From IMG/VR virus record IMGVR_UViG_3300006863_000015, positions 1-27,037 of that record: a stretch of DNA of 27,037 bases. One strand, written 5' to 3'. A program made the position numbers and the translations under genes. The number at the start of each line of letters is the position of its first letter. Position 1 is the stretch's first letter. The notes under the pieces were generated by a model. It saw only the letters and a program-made list of their open reading frames with translations. It was not told the DNA's origin and ran no database searches. Below, piece after piece: positions 16,659-24,592 of the stretch. This DNA comes from a virus (Duplodnaviria > Caudoviricetes).

Positions 16659-18854
16659 ATGGCAGACCTCGCCTCGATCCTTACCGACCCCAACTACGTC
16701 AACGCCAACGAGGCAACGAAGCGGGCCATCTTTGACAAGTTCTCGGCGCAAGACCCGAACTTCACCAAAGCGAACCCGGCAACGCAAGAAGCCATTCGTG
16801 ACCGCTTCGGTGTGCCTAGTCTCAAAGCAGCACCGCTGCCCGAGGCGATGCAGCCATCCGCTACCCAGGTGTCGCCTGACGCGATCCCTGCCGCTCGACA
16901 AGACTTGACCACTGGTCAGCGCATCTATCAAGCCGTGCGCCCCTATGCCGCACCTCTGGTGGAGGCTGCTGGCGCAATTGCTGGCGGGTTGCTGGGCGGC
17001 ACCGCGGGCACGTTTGGTGCTGGCCCGGTGGGCACCGCTGCCGGTGGTGTTGCTGGCGCTGGCTTGGGTTATGGCATTGCCAAGGAAGCCCTGGAAGCCG
17101 CTGACGTGGCGATGGGCATGAAGCAGCCCAGAACCGGCGCTGCGCTCGTCACTGAGCCTGCTCGTAACGTGCTCGAGGGTGCAACCTTTGAAGCAGGTGG
17201 TCGAGTGATTGGCCCGGTGATCAGCAAGGTCGCTGGCAAGGTGATGGACATTCGCAACATCCCGGCCAACAAAGCCGCGGATATTGCCCGCAACGCCCTT
17301 GGCCCCGATCTGCCCGAGGTGCTCAACGCACTCAAGGCAGCGCAAGGCCAGAACGTCAGTGCAGCCCAGGCTACGGCCAACATCAACAGCCCGACATGGC
17401 AGGCGCTGATCGACCGCGCCACAGCCCGCGATCCGCGTTTCCTCGAGGCGCTCAAAGCCTCGCAGGGCGAAGTGTCCCTGAACGCCCTGGCAAAACTTGC
17501 CGGTGGTGCTACGGCTGCGGAAGCCCGAGGTACAACGACCGCCATGAAAGAGGCGCTCAACACTACCCAAGGGCCGGTGCGTGAGGCTGCTTTGAGCCGT
17601 GCGAATCTGGGCAAAGCGGTGGCCGACTACGAGGCGCAGGCTGGCAAGTTGAGCGCCGAGGCTGCTGCCGAGGTGCAGAAGGTTCGTGATCTGATCAACG
17701 CTGGCAACATTGCCGAGGCATCTGCCCGTCTTGATTTGATCAAACGCAACCTGCCAGTCGGCTTGACCAAATATACCTACAAAGGCGATCTGGCTCGCAT
17801 GGCTGACGAGTGGGCCAGTCAAGCAGCAAACGCATCGCTCGATCTGGGTCAAGGCGCTCGGTTTGCTCAAGGTGCGGCTGATGCGCTGCGCTCTGTCGGC
17901 ATCAAGCCGCTCAAGGGCGACGAGGTAATTGGCAGCGTCCGTGCGATTGCGAACAACCCCGAGTTTGCAGGTAACGACCTGCTGCTGGGTGCGGTCAAGA
18001 ACGTGGCCGACGACATCGCCAAGTGGACCAGCAGCGGTGGTGTCATCGATGCCAAGGCGCTTGATGCCATTCGCAAGAACTCGATTAACGCCGCGATCCA
18101 GCAGTTGCGCCCAGGCGTGGATGCCACGACCCAGCGCAACCTTGCAGCCGAGGTCATGGGCAAACTCAAGCCCACGCTAATCGATGCCATCGAGGCCGCG
18201 GGCGGCACTGGTTACCGCCAGTACCTGACCGACTACGCCAAGGGTATGCAGACGATTGCCGAGCGCAAGCTGACCGGCGAAGCCATGAAGCTGTGGAAGA
18301 CGGACAAGGACGCCTTTGTTCGCCTGGTGCAGAACGAGTCGCCCGAGGTGGTCGAGAAGTTCCTCGGCCCCGGCAACTACAACATCGCCACCGAACTCAG
18401 CGAAAACGCGCTGTCGGTGCTGCGCGAACAAGCCCAGAAGCGCCTGACCGATTTGTCCGTCAAGGGCCAGGTCAGCGCAGGCCAGGACGCACTGAAGCAA
18501 CTGCTGCTCGACAACACCTCGAAGCTGCGCTTGCCGTCGTACTTGAGCGCGGTGGCCGCAACGACCAACAAAGCACTGAACATCTTGGAAAACAAGATCG
18601 GTGCTAAAACGATGACAACGCTCACCGACGCACTCAAGACACCCGAGGGTGCTGCGAATCTGCTTGAGCGCTTGCCTGCCGAGGAGCGCAACCGCGTATT
18701 GAAATTGATTTCCGATCCGTCACAATGGAGCCAGGGTGCCAAAGCCGTAGTGCGCGGCACAACTGCCGCGGGTGTCAACGCGCTTGCGCCTGATCGGTAC
18801 AACAGCAACGCGATGGCAAAACAGCCGGTACGGATTATTGAGACTCAGGAGTAA
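16659..18854 (+). CDS. Large DNA ejection protein (gp16-like position)
   Basis: 731 aa, Ala-rich helical, Gly-zipper hydrophobic segment GAIAGGLLGG...GGVAGAGLG. Confidence 0.6.
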   Translation: MADLASILTDPNYVNANEATKRAIFDKFSAQDPNFTKANPATQEAIRDRFGVPSLKAAPLPEAMQPSATQVSPDAIPAARQDLTTGQRIYQAVRPYAAPLVEAAGAIAGGLLGGTAGTFGAGPVGTAAGGVAGAGLGYGIAKEALEAADVAMGMKQPRTGAALVTEPARNVLEGATFEAGGRVIGPVISKVAGKVMDIRNIPANKAADIARNALGPDLPEVLNALKAAQGQNVSAAQATANINSPTWQALIDRATARDPRFLEALKASQGEVSLNALAKLAGGATAAEARGTTTAMKEALNTTQGPVREAALSRANLGKAVADYEAQAGKLSAEAAAEVQKVRDLINAGNIAEASARLDLIKRNLPVGLTKYTYKGDLARMADEWASQAANASLDLGQGARFAQGAADALRSVGIKPLKGDEVIGSVRAIANNPEFAGNDLLLGAVKNVADDIAKWTSSGGVIDAKALDAIRKNSINAAIQQLRPGVDATTQRNLAAEVMGKLKPTLIDAIEAAGGTGYRQYLTDYAKGMQTIAERKLTGEAMKLWKTDKDAFVRLVQNESPEVVEKFLGPGNYNIATELSENALSVLREQAQKRLTDLSVKGQVSAGQDALKQLLLDNTSKLRLPSYLSAVAATTNKALNILENKIGAKTMTTLTDALKTPEGAANLLERLPAEERNRVLKLISDPSQWSQGAKAVVRGTTAAGVNALAPDRYNSNAMAKQPVRIIETQE

Positions 18855-18856
18855 TC

Positions 18857-19069
18857 ATGGCTTTAGAGGGAAACGCGGAGCTCGATCCCGTGAAATACGG
18901 TGTCCTGTGGCAAAAGGTTCAGGACATGGACAAAAAGATGGACAAGATGGAACGCCAGATGGAGCAGCTTATTGACATGGCAAGCCGCTCCAAAGGCGCT
19001 CTGTGGGTCGGCATCGGTCTTTGGTCTGCGCTGACTGGCATCGTCGGATTCTTTTTTGGCAAGCACTGA
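18857..19069 (+). CDS. Holin-like membrane protein (coiled coil plus C-terminal TM helix)
   Basis: Single hydrophobic C-terminal segment; TGATG-coupled to the endolysin. Confidence 0.55.
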   Translation: MALEGNAELDPVKYGVLWQKVQDMDKKMDKMERQMEQLIDMASRSKGALWVGIGLWSALTGIVGFFFGKH

Positions 19070-19449
19070 TGTATCAGCTTGGCCCGCGCTCACTCATGCG
19101 ACTCAAGGGGGTCCACCCCGATCTGGTCAATGTCGTCAATTACGCAATTGAGATCAGCACCGTGGACTTCACGGTGCTCGAGGGGTTGCGAACCATCGAG
19201 CGCCAAAAGGCCATGTTCGACGCTGGCTCGAGTCAGACCATGAACAGCCGCCACCTTGACGGGCATGCCGTTGACCTGGGAGCCTGGGTCGATGGTCAGG
19301 TGGACTGGTCGTGGCCCTTGTATTCCAAAATCGCCGCCGCCATGAAGACGGCAGCGCAGGAACTCAACATCCCTATCGAGTGGGGCGGGGACTGGAAAAC
19401 ATTCAAAGACGGCCCCCATTTTCAATTACCCTGGAAGGACTATCCATGA
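19069..19449 (+). CDS. Endolysin, peptidase M15 family (L-Ala-D-Glu type)
   Basis: L.GVHPDL, EGLRT.ERQ, SRHLDGHAVD, WGGDW....DGPHFQL; true start is probably ATG 19069 rather than the track's 19003. Confidence 0.9.
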   Translation: MYQLGPRSLMRLKGVHPDLVNVVNYAIEISTVDFTVLEGLRTIERQKAMFDAGSSQTMNSRHLDGHAVDLGAWVDGQVDWSWPLYSKIAAAMKTAAQELNIPIEWGGDWKTFKDGPHFQLPWKDYP

Positions 19450-19619
19450 ATGCAACTCTTGTTCAAGCCATCGTGCGCCACTTGTTGACGACAGTCGGTG
19501 GCGGCTTCTTGATGTCGTTTGGCATCACCGGCGGCACTTTAGATGCCGTGGTGGGCGCAGTGTCTACGTTGGCTGGTGTTGCTTGGTCACTCTACGACAA
19601 GAAAAAAGCCTCGGAGTGA
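19446..19619 (+). CDS. Putative small holin (57 aa, hydrophobic)
   Basis: IVRHLLTTVGGG...VGAVSTLAGVAWSLYDKKK: hydrophobic with a basic C-tail; ATGA overlap with the endolysin stop. Confidence 0.65.
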   Translation: MNATLVQAIVRHLLTTVGGGFLMSFGITGGTLDAVVGAVSTLAGVAWSLYDKKKASE

Positions 19620-19650
19620 TGCGCTCACCACAGCGCATCCTCCACATCGT

Positions 19651-19842
19651 CTAGATCAGTTTTACGTCGCCGAGGTGCGACGTTTTGGTACATTTTTCCG
19701 TCTTCTTCGTAGAGTCGGAAGGGCCAATCTTCACGACGCTTTCGAGGGTAACAAACCGGTGAAGGTTCGCACACTCCCTGCGTCGGCGACCGTTCCGAGT
19801 CTCCAGCACCACTGTCCAGGTTCCGCATACGGGGCATTTCAT
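19651..19842 (-). CDS. NrdR-N-like zinc-ribbon protein
   Basis: MKCPVCG....V.ETR...RRRRECANLHRFVTLE; GAGGT SD before ATG 19842. Confidence 0.7.
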   Translation of the reverse strand: MKCPVCGTWTVVLETRNGRRRRECANLHRFVTLESVVKIGPSDSTKKTEKCTKTSHLGDVKLI

Positions 19843-20045
19843 TTTACCTCCGTTGCGTTGTGCAGGTATGTGGTCAAGCGCTTGATCTTGGCCTCGTAGT
19901 AGTTGCACATCGATGCTGCGTATTCGCGGCCTGACTGCGCCTCGAGTAGCTTGCGTTTGGTTTCCTCAAGTTCACGCAGCGCCAGCGCCTCGGCACTGGG
20001 CACCTTGTACAGTGACTTCACATATTCGATTGATTCACGGATCAT
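19839..20045 (-). CDS. Hypothetical coiled-coil protein (68 aa)
   Basis: AAAGGAG SD before ATG 20045 (preferred over the track's 20084 start). Confidence 0.7.
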   Translation of the reverse strand: MIRESIEYVKSLYKVPSAEALALRELEETKRKLLEAQSGREYAASMCNYYEAKIKRLTTYLHNATEVK

Positions 20046-20074
20046 TACATTTACTCCTTTGGTTGGTGTGACAC

Positions 20075-20105
20075 ATCGTACCACAAGTCATGCGTTCTTT
20101 GTCAA
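20075..20105 (-). promoter_or_regulatory. Internal promoter candidate
   Basis: TTGACA (20105-20100), 19-nt spacer, TGn-TACGAT extended -10 (20080-20075). Confidence 0.5.
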
Positions 20106-21494
20106 GCGGTATTGTTTGACTGCGTTGCGAAGCCCCGCCTGCGTGGTTGCCTTCTCGTCAAGCGCCATTGCCTGCGCCTGGTCCAGTGTGGCTTGCATGA
20201 GGATGCGATGGCAGATCACAGGCACACCTTGACCCTGGCGACGCACTCGGGCGTTGAACTGCTCGTACAGGTCCAGGCTCCAGTTAAGGCCGTACCAGAC
20301 GAGGATGTGGCCGTTCTTTTGCAGGCCGTCAATCCCGTGACCCATCGATGCTGGGTGGCCGATCATCAGCGAACAGTCGCCAGTCTTCCACCGGTGCATG
20401 GCGTTGGTCAATGACGCTTCGCTCTTGCACTCGGTCAGATTGATTGGGTCCAGGTGTTTGAACTTGTCCATGATGCGCTGCGCGTCCGATCTGTACGCAT
20501 ACGCACACAGCACCGGACTGCCCTGCGCTTCGTCCAGAATCTCCTCGAGCGCCTCGAGTTTCAAGTCATGCACCGGCTCCCATAGCGGCATGCCAGCGAT
20601 AGGGTACATGGCCCCGTTGGAGAACTGCAAGCACTTGTTGGTCAGCGCCGCCTGGTTGAACGCCTCGACCTCTTTCCCGCTGTCGAGCACCAGGAAGAAC
20701 TCGCGCTCCAGTTTCTCGTACTTGGCCCGCAGGTCGTCGGGCATCTCGATCTCGATGTTGTTGACCATGAGGTCGGGCAGCGGGTTGTAGTCCTCGGCTG
20801 ACATCTCGAGTGTGATGTCGCCGATCAGCTTCTTGATGGTGTCCTCGGTGTCCTCATAGGGCACCTCTTTGTACGGCCCCACCTTCTTGTAAAACCGCGT
20901 CCTGAAAGCCGTCTTGCTGGTGCCCAGGCGCTCACCCCTGTCCACCACCAGAAACTGACCGTGTAGGTCTTTGTAGCCATTGCTGGCCGGTGTCCCAGTG
21001 AGGCCCGTGGTCCAGTCGAACTTGTCAGCGATCTTGCGAAACGCCTTGACCCGATTGGTCGCGGAGTTTTTCATCTTGCTGATCTCGTCCCAAATGATGC
21101 CGTTGAACGGCAGCGGGCGCTCCTTCTTGACGAAGTAGGTCTGTAAGGTTTCAGCAAGCCAGCCGAGGTTCTCGTAGTTGATCAGGTAAACGTCAGCAGG
21201 CCGCAACAGCGCCCTAGTGCGCTGATCCTTGGTGCCCGTGACCATGCTGAACTTCAGGTGCTTGGTGTGTTCCCACTTCGTCGCCTCCTGCCTCCAGACC
21301 AGCCGGATGACGCGGATCGGAGCCACGATGATCACGCCACGCAGGAAGCCCGTGCGAAGCAGATGCGCGAGGCTGGTGAGCGTGATGACCGTCTTGCCCA
21401 GGCCCATGTCCAGCCACAGCATCGAGGCTGGGTGAGTGCACTGGAAGTTGACAGCCTTTTGCTGGTAGCCGTGGAGTAAGTCAGGCGTCAGCAT
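20088..21494 (-). CDS. SNF2-like SF2 helicase
   Basis: LDMGLGKT (Walker A), WDEIS, LTGTP, GHGIDGLQ, QFNARVRRQGQ. Confidence 0.92.
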   Translation of the reverse strand: MLTPDLLHGYQQKAVNFQCTHPASMLWLDMGLGKTVITLTSLAHLLRTGFLRGVIIVAPIRVIRLVWRQEATKWEHTKHLKFSMVTGTKDQRTRALLRPADVYLINYENLGWLAETLQTYFVKKERPLPFNGIIWDEISKMKNSATNRVKAFRKIADKFDWTTGLTGTPASNGYKDLHGQFLVVDRGERLGTSKTAFRTRFYKKVGPYKEVPYEDTEDTIKKLIGDITLEMSAEDYNPLPDLMVNNIEIEMPDDLRAKYEKLEREFFLVLDSGKEVEAFNQAALTNKCLQFSNGAMYPIAGMPLWEPVHDLKLEALEEILDEAQGSPVLCAYAYRSDAQRIMDKFKHLDPINLTECKSEASLTNAMHRWKTGDCSLMIGHPASMGHGIDGLQKNGHILVWYGLNWSLDLYEQFNARVRRQGQGVPVICHRILMQATLDQAQAMALDEKATTQAGLRNAVKQYRLTKNA

Positions 21495-21784
21495 AGGCGG
21501 GCCTCAATGAGTTGCAGCATCGTGTTGATGGTTGACTTGCCATCCTCCACGCTGTCGACCACGAACACGCTGATCAAGTGCTGGCGCAGTCTTTGATGCT
21601 CACGATCCTGTGCAGCCGTGGGCTTTTGCCCCTTGCGCTTGAACTCGATGAAGAACATGCGCCCTTTGTAGATGAACATGCGGTCGGGTACTGCCATGCG
21701 ATTGGGGCTGGTGAACTTGTAAACCAGCACCCCGAGTTCTTTGGCGTAATCGCAAACTTTGGCTTCAATCTGTTTTTCGAGCAT
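21488..21784 (-). CDS. VRR-NUC domain nuclease
   Basis: EKQIE, VYKF.SP....VPDR, FIEFKR.G.KPT..Q; start placed at ATG 21784. Confidence 0.88.
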   Translation of the reverse strand: MLEKQIEAKVCDYAKELGVLVYKFTSPNRMAVPDRMFIYKGRMFFIEFKRKGQKPTAAQDREHQRLRQHLISVFVVDSVEDGKSTINTMLQLIEARLC

Positions 21785-21935
21785 GATCCACCACCAGTCT
21801 TCTGTATGCGTCAAGCACCGTGCGAAGGTCTTCGCGCAGCGCCTCGATCTCTTTTTCTTGGTCCTTCATCTTCTGGTAACAGTCTTGCGAGAACCGCGCA
21901 AGGTTGTCACGTTCCCAGGCTTCAAACCGATTCAT
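21765..21935 (-). CDS. Small coiled-coil hypothetical protein (MNRFEAWERDNLARFSQDCYQKM..., 56 aa), absent from the ORF track
   Basis: Translated by hand; ATGA overlap with the polymerase stop; fills the pol-VRR-NUC gap. Confidence 0.7.
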   Translation of the reverse strand: MNRFEAWERDNLARFSQDCYQKMKDQEKEIEALREDLRTVLDAYRRLVVDHARKTD

Positions 21936-23803
21936 GCCAACCCGAGGCAGAGTTTCTCCACCTCCCTCACGTAGTATTCAAAGTCCACCGGCAACTTGCC
22001 AGCATCCTTGATGTCGTTGCAAGGCTGGACACCCCAGCCGCTTTCGACACCGATCTTGCGCCACTCGGCTTTGCCCTTGAGGGGCGGCATCCACTTGAAC
22101 AGTCGACCACCGCCCACGGCGATGTAGTAGCGCGTGATGTTCTGCAACTGCGTGGTCACGCCATCGTGCTCCAGGCCAAGGTAGCTGCTCCTAGGCACCT
22201 TGGTGCGAAGCATGAAGTCCATGATGTCGGGCCACTGCTCCACGGTCTGCCGAATGGGTGCACCCTCGACCAGCACCTTCTCGGCCACCTTGGGGATCAC
22301 GAGGCCACCAGCGTTCTGATGCCATCCGGTTTTCCATTCATAAGCCCCCTTGCGCTTAACTGTTGGATCACCGGGCTTTACAAACGCCGGATCAAACACG
22401 CCAATGTAATTGTTCACGTCACGGATGAACATGCGCTGGTAGATCGCCTCCTCGAGATTTAACCCAGTGCGTGTCTGCCACGCTGCGCGGGCCATGTCCA
22501 CCAGCCACTTGTTTGCCCTGGGCACCCGCACGGTCAGGCCGTCAGTGTTCACCTGGATCAAGCGCAGGCCGGGGATGTGCATCAGCCCCTCGGACAGCAG
22601 GCACAGCAGCAGTTGCCCGTTGAGCGTGATGCTCATGGTGAACAGCGGGTCGTAGAACACGCTGAACTGGTTATTGCTGTCACCGTACACGCCGTTGAGC
22701 GCCAGCTTCAGCATGGCTGATTCTGCGGACTTCTTGGGGTACTGCTTGCGCTGCTCAAAGAGGTGCTTGTAGATGGTGACGAAGGTCTTGCCGAGATGGG
22801 CCGGGTAGAACCCATTCGTGATTGCCAGGTTTGGATAGTACGAAGTGACATCGAGGTCCACGATGACGAACTCATCGTCTGACTCAATAACTTCTGACTC
22901 CACTGATCCATGAATACCACCTAATCCAAATACAAAATCAAAGTTGTTGACCCGAGCGATGAGGTCCGTAAAGACGCCCTTTGTCTCGGTGATGATCTGA
23001 CCCTTGAGCCAGTTGAGCACCCGGTTGAACTCGGGCTGCTCAAACGCGATCCACGGCAGGATGGCGTCCTTGAGCGCGATGGTGGGGCGCTTGGTCTGCC
23101 GGGGTGTGCGCCCCTTGTCGCCGTAGTCGTAGCAGGCAACCCCAGCCTCCTCCAGTTTCATCACGAAGTAATCCTTGCCGATCTTCGTGTCGTTGTGGTT
23201 GATAAAGTCGCGGTTGTACTTGTGCGTCAACTCCTCGCGGAACTTGAGCATGTCAAACGTGTGCTTGTAAAACGCTTTGGTCTGAGCCACATCGTGCTGG
23301 TTGTACTTCGTGAGCACGGGCACCTGGGCCTGCGTCAGCGTGGTACCCACCTTAAACGGCAGGTCTTCGATGTTGTCGCTACGCATGTTGAACTCCAATA
23401 CCTTCAGACTCGTGGCGCGGGCCTTGTTGTCGAAGTGGTGAATCTTGAACAGATCGATCTGCGGCACAAAGCGATCTGATGGGTTGACCTGGTGCGCCCA
23501 CTTGCCTTCACCCTCATCTTGCGAGTTGATGATGGCCTGGGCCTTTTGATACAGCGTGGCCGCGTCTGAGCGGCCCATGCGGATCAGGGTGTGCAGGACG
23601 GGGTAGTCAAACCCCAGGTTGTTGAACCCGACCATGCGGGCGTTTGTATCCTTGAGATACTGAAGAAACGCGATGATCTCGCGTGAGTCGTTGCGCCAGT
23701 CGCTGATCTCGAATAACCAGCGCAGCGGTGCTTCTGCATGCTCCACCGCCAGCGTGAAGACGTTGGGATAGGTTTCGATGTCATACACATAGTCGTTACT
23801 CAT
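21932..23803 (-). CDS. DNA polymerase, family-B-type with 3'-5' exonuclease
   Basis: Exo I DIETY, Exo II GFNNLGFD, Exo III YNQHD; pol motifs DVTSYYPN, KLALNGVYG, VNTDG. Confidence 0.9.
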   Translation of the reverse strand: MSNDYVYDIETYPNVFTLAVEHAEAPLRWLFEISDWRNDSREIIAFLQYLKDTNARMVGFNNLGFDYPVLHTLIRMGRSDAATLYQKAQAIINSQDEGEGKWAHQVNPSDRFVPQIDLFKIHHFDNKARATSLKVLEFNMRSDNIEDLPFKVGTTLTQAQVPVLTKYNQHDVAQTKAFYKHTFDMLKFREELTHKYNRDFINHNDTKIGKDYFVMKLEEAGVACYDYGDKGRTPRQTKRPTIALKDAILPWIAFEQPEFNRVLNWLKGQIITETKGVFTDLIARVNNFDFVFGLGGIHGSVESEVIESDDEFVIVDLDVTSYYPNLAITNGFYPAHLGKTFVTIYKHLFEQRKQYPKKSAESAMLKLALNGVYGDSNNQFSVFYDPLFTMSITLNGQLLLCLLSEGLMHIPGLRLIQVNTDGLTVRVPRANKWLVDMARAAWQTRTGLNLEEAIYQRMFIRDVNNYIGVFDPAFVKPGDPTVKRKGAYEWKTGWHQNAGGLVIPKVAEKVLVEGAPIRQTVEQWPDIMDFMLRTKVPRSSYLGLEHDGVTTQLQNITRYYIAVGGGRLFKWMPPLKGKAEWRKIGVESGWGVQPCNDIKDAGKLPVDFEYYVREVEKLCLGLA

Positions 23804-23821
23804 TACAGTTACTCAGTAGGG

Positions 23822-23911
23822 TGGGGCGTCGATTTGGGCTTCAATGAACCACGGAAGAAAACCAGAAAATTCCGTGGGTCACCATCCTCGAGTGCTGGTT
23901 TAACCGCCCCA
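23822..23911 (-). ncRNA. Putative cis-acting structured RNA with pseudoknot upstream of the DNA polymerase
   Basis: 7-bp outer stem, 4-bp stem, 8-bp inner stem with G-U extension and a 7-bp loop-loop pairing fill most of the 114-nt intergenic gap. Confidence 0.6.
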
Positions 23912-23917
23912 ATAGGA

Positions 23918-24577
23918 TCACTGACCCATCATAAACGGGGGCAGGGGCATCGCTGGCGCAGGGGCGGCAGCGGGTGCAAACATGCCAGCAGGTGCAGCCA
24001 CAGTACCGAACATGCCCGACGCATCGACTGCGCCCTCGCCAAACGCTTTGTCGTCAGCAGCGAACTGAATGGCAATCAGGTCGCAGCGGATACCACGGCC
24101 ATGCTTGTTGTCTTGCAGCCAGGGCTTAACGGCTGCGTTGACGCGGCAACCGCCGTACATCTTGCGTGTCAGTTGCTGGTAAGCCATTGTGTTGGTCGGG
24201 TCGATGGGTTGACCATCAGCTTGAATCACCTGGGGCTGCGAGTCGCGGCCAGCGGTGATGAACACATGACCAGCGTAGCCGTCGTAAGGCTGGAAGGTTT
24301 TCTTGTTAACCTTCTCCTCACCACGACCGTAGCAGCGAGTCTTGCGGTCGCCTTGGATCATGCCCATGACAGTCTGGGCGTGTTCTTTCCACTTCTCAAG
24401 CGCCAACGCACCGTACTTTTGCATGAACTGCGTGAAGCCAGGATGCTCCTGGGGCATGATGAACTCGCAGTTGTAGCTGACGCGCTCCTTACCAGTGGCC
24501 TCGTTGATTTGACGCTGTGGTTCCGCAAGGTGCGGGAAAGACAGACGGACGTTTGACAGAAAAATGATATCGGACAT
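23918..24577 (-). CDS. ssDNA-binding protein, DUF2815 family
   Basis: NVRLSFP.L..P, YGGC.VNA, N..G.GI...L.AIQF..D...FG motifs. Confidence 0.85.
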   Translation of the reverse strand: MSDIIFLSNVRLSFPHLAEPQRQINEATGKERVSYNCEFIMPQEHPGFTQFMQKYGALALEKWKEHAQTVMGMIQGDRKTRCYGRGEEKVNKKTFQPYDGYAGHVFITAGRDSQPQVIQADGQPIDPTNTMAYQQLTRKMYGGCRVNAAVKPWLQDNKHGRGIRCDLIAIQFAADDKAFGEGAVDASGMFGTVAAPAGMFAPAAAPAPAMPLPPFMMGQ

Positions 24578-24592
24578 TACAGTTACTCCAGT

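Noticed and set aside
19616-19628. GTGA-TGCGC-TCAC inverted repeat at the convergence of the two operons
   Set aside because: Only 4 bp, formed largely by facing stop codons, with no U tract; not a credible terminator
19625-19837. Alternative-frame ORF overlapping the Zn-ribbon gene, with a protein-like C-terminus (DWPF...VEDALW)
   Set aside because: No convincing start or SD for the plausible part; could be a frameshift remnant but cannot be supported without homologues
21720-21730. 11-nt complementarity between VRR-NUC mRNA and the bulge (UAAACCAGCAC) of the pol-upstream RNA
   Set aside because: An 11-mer match to some part of a 90-nt query is roughly expected by chance in a window this size
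23822-23911. Pol-upstream structure as a tRNA or hammerhead ribozyme
   Set aside because: No cloverleaf arms or T-loop consensus, and no CUGAUGA core on either strand
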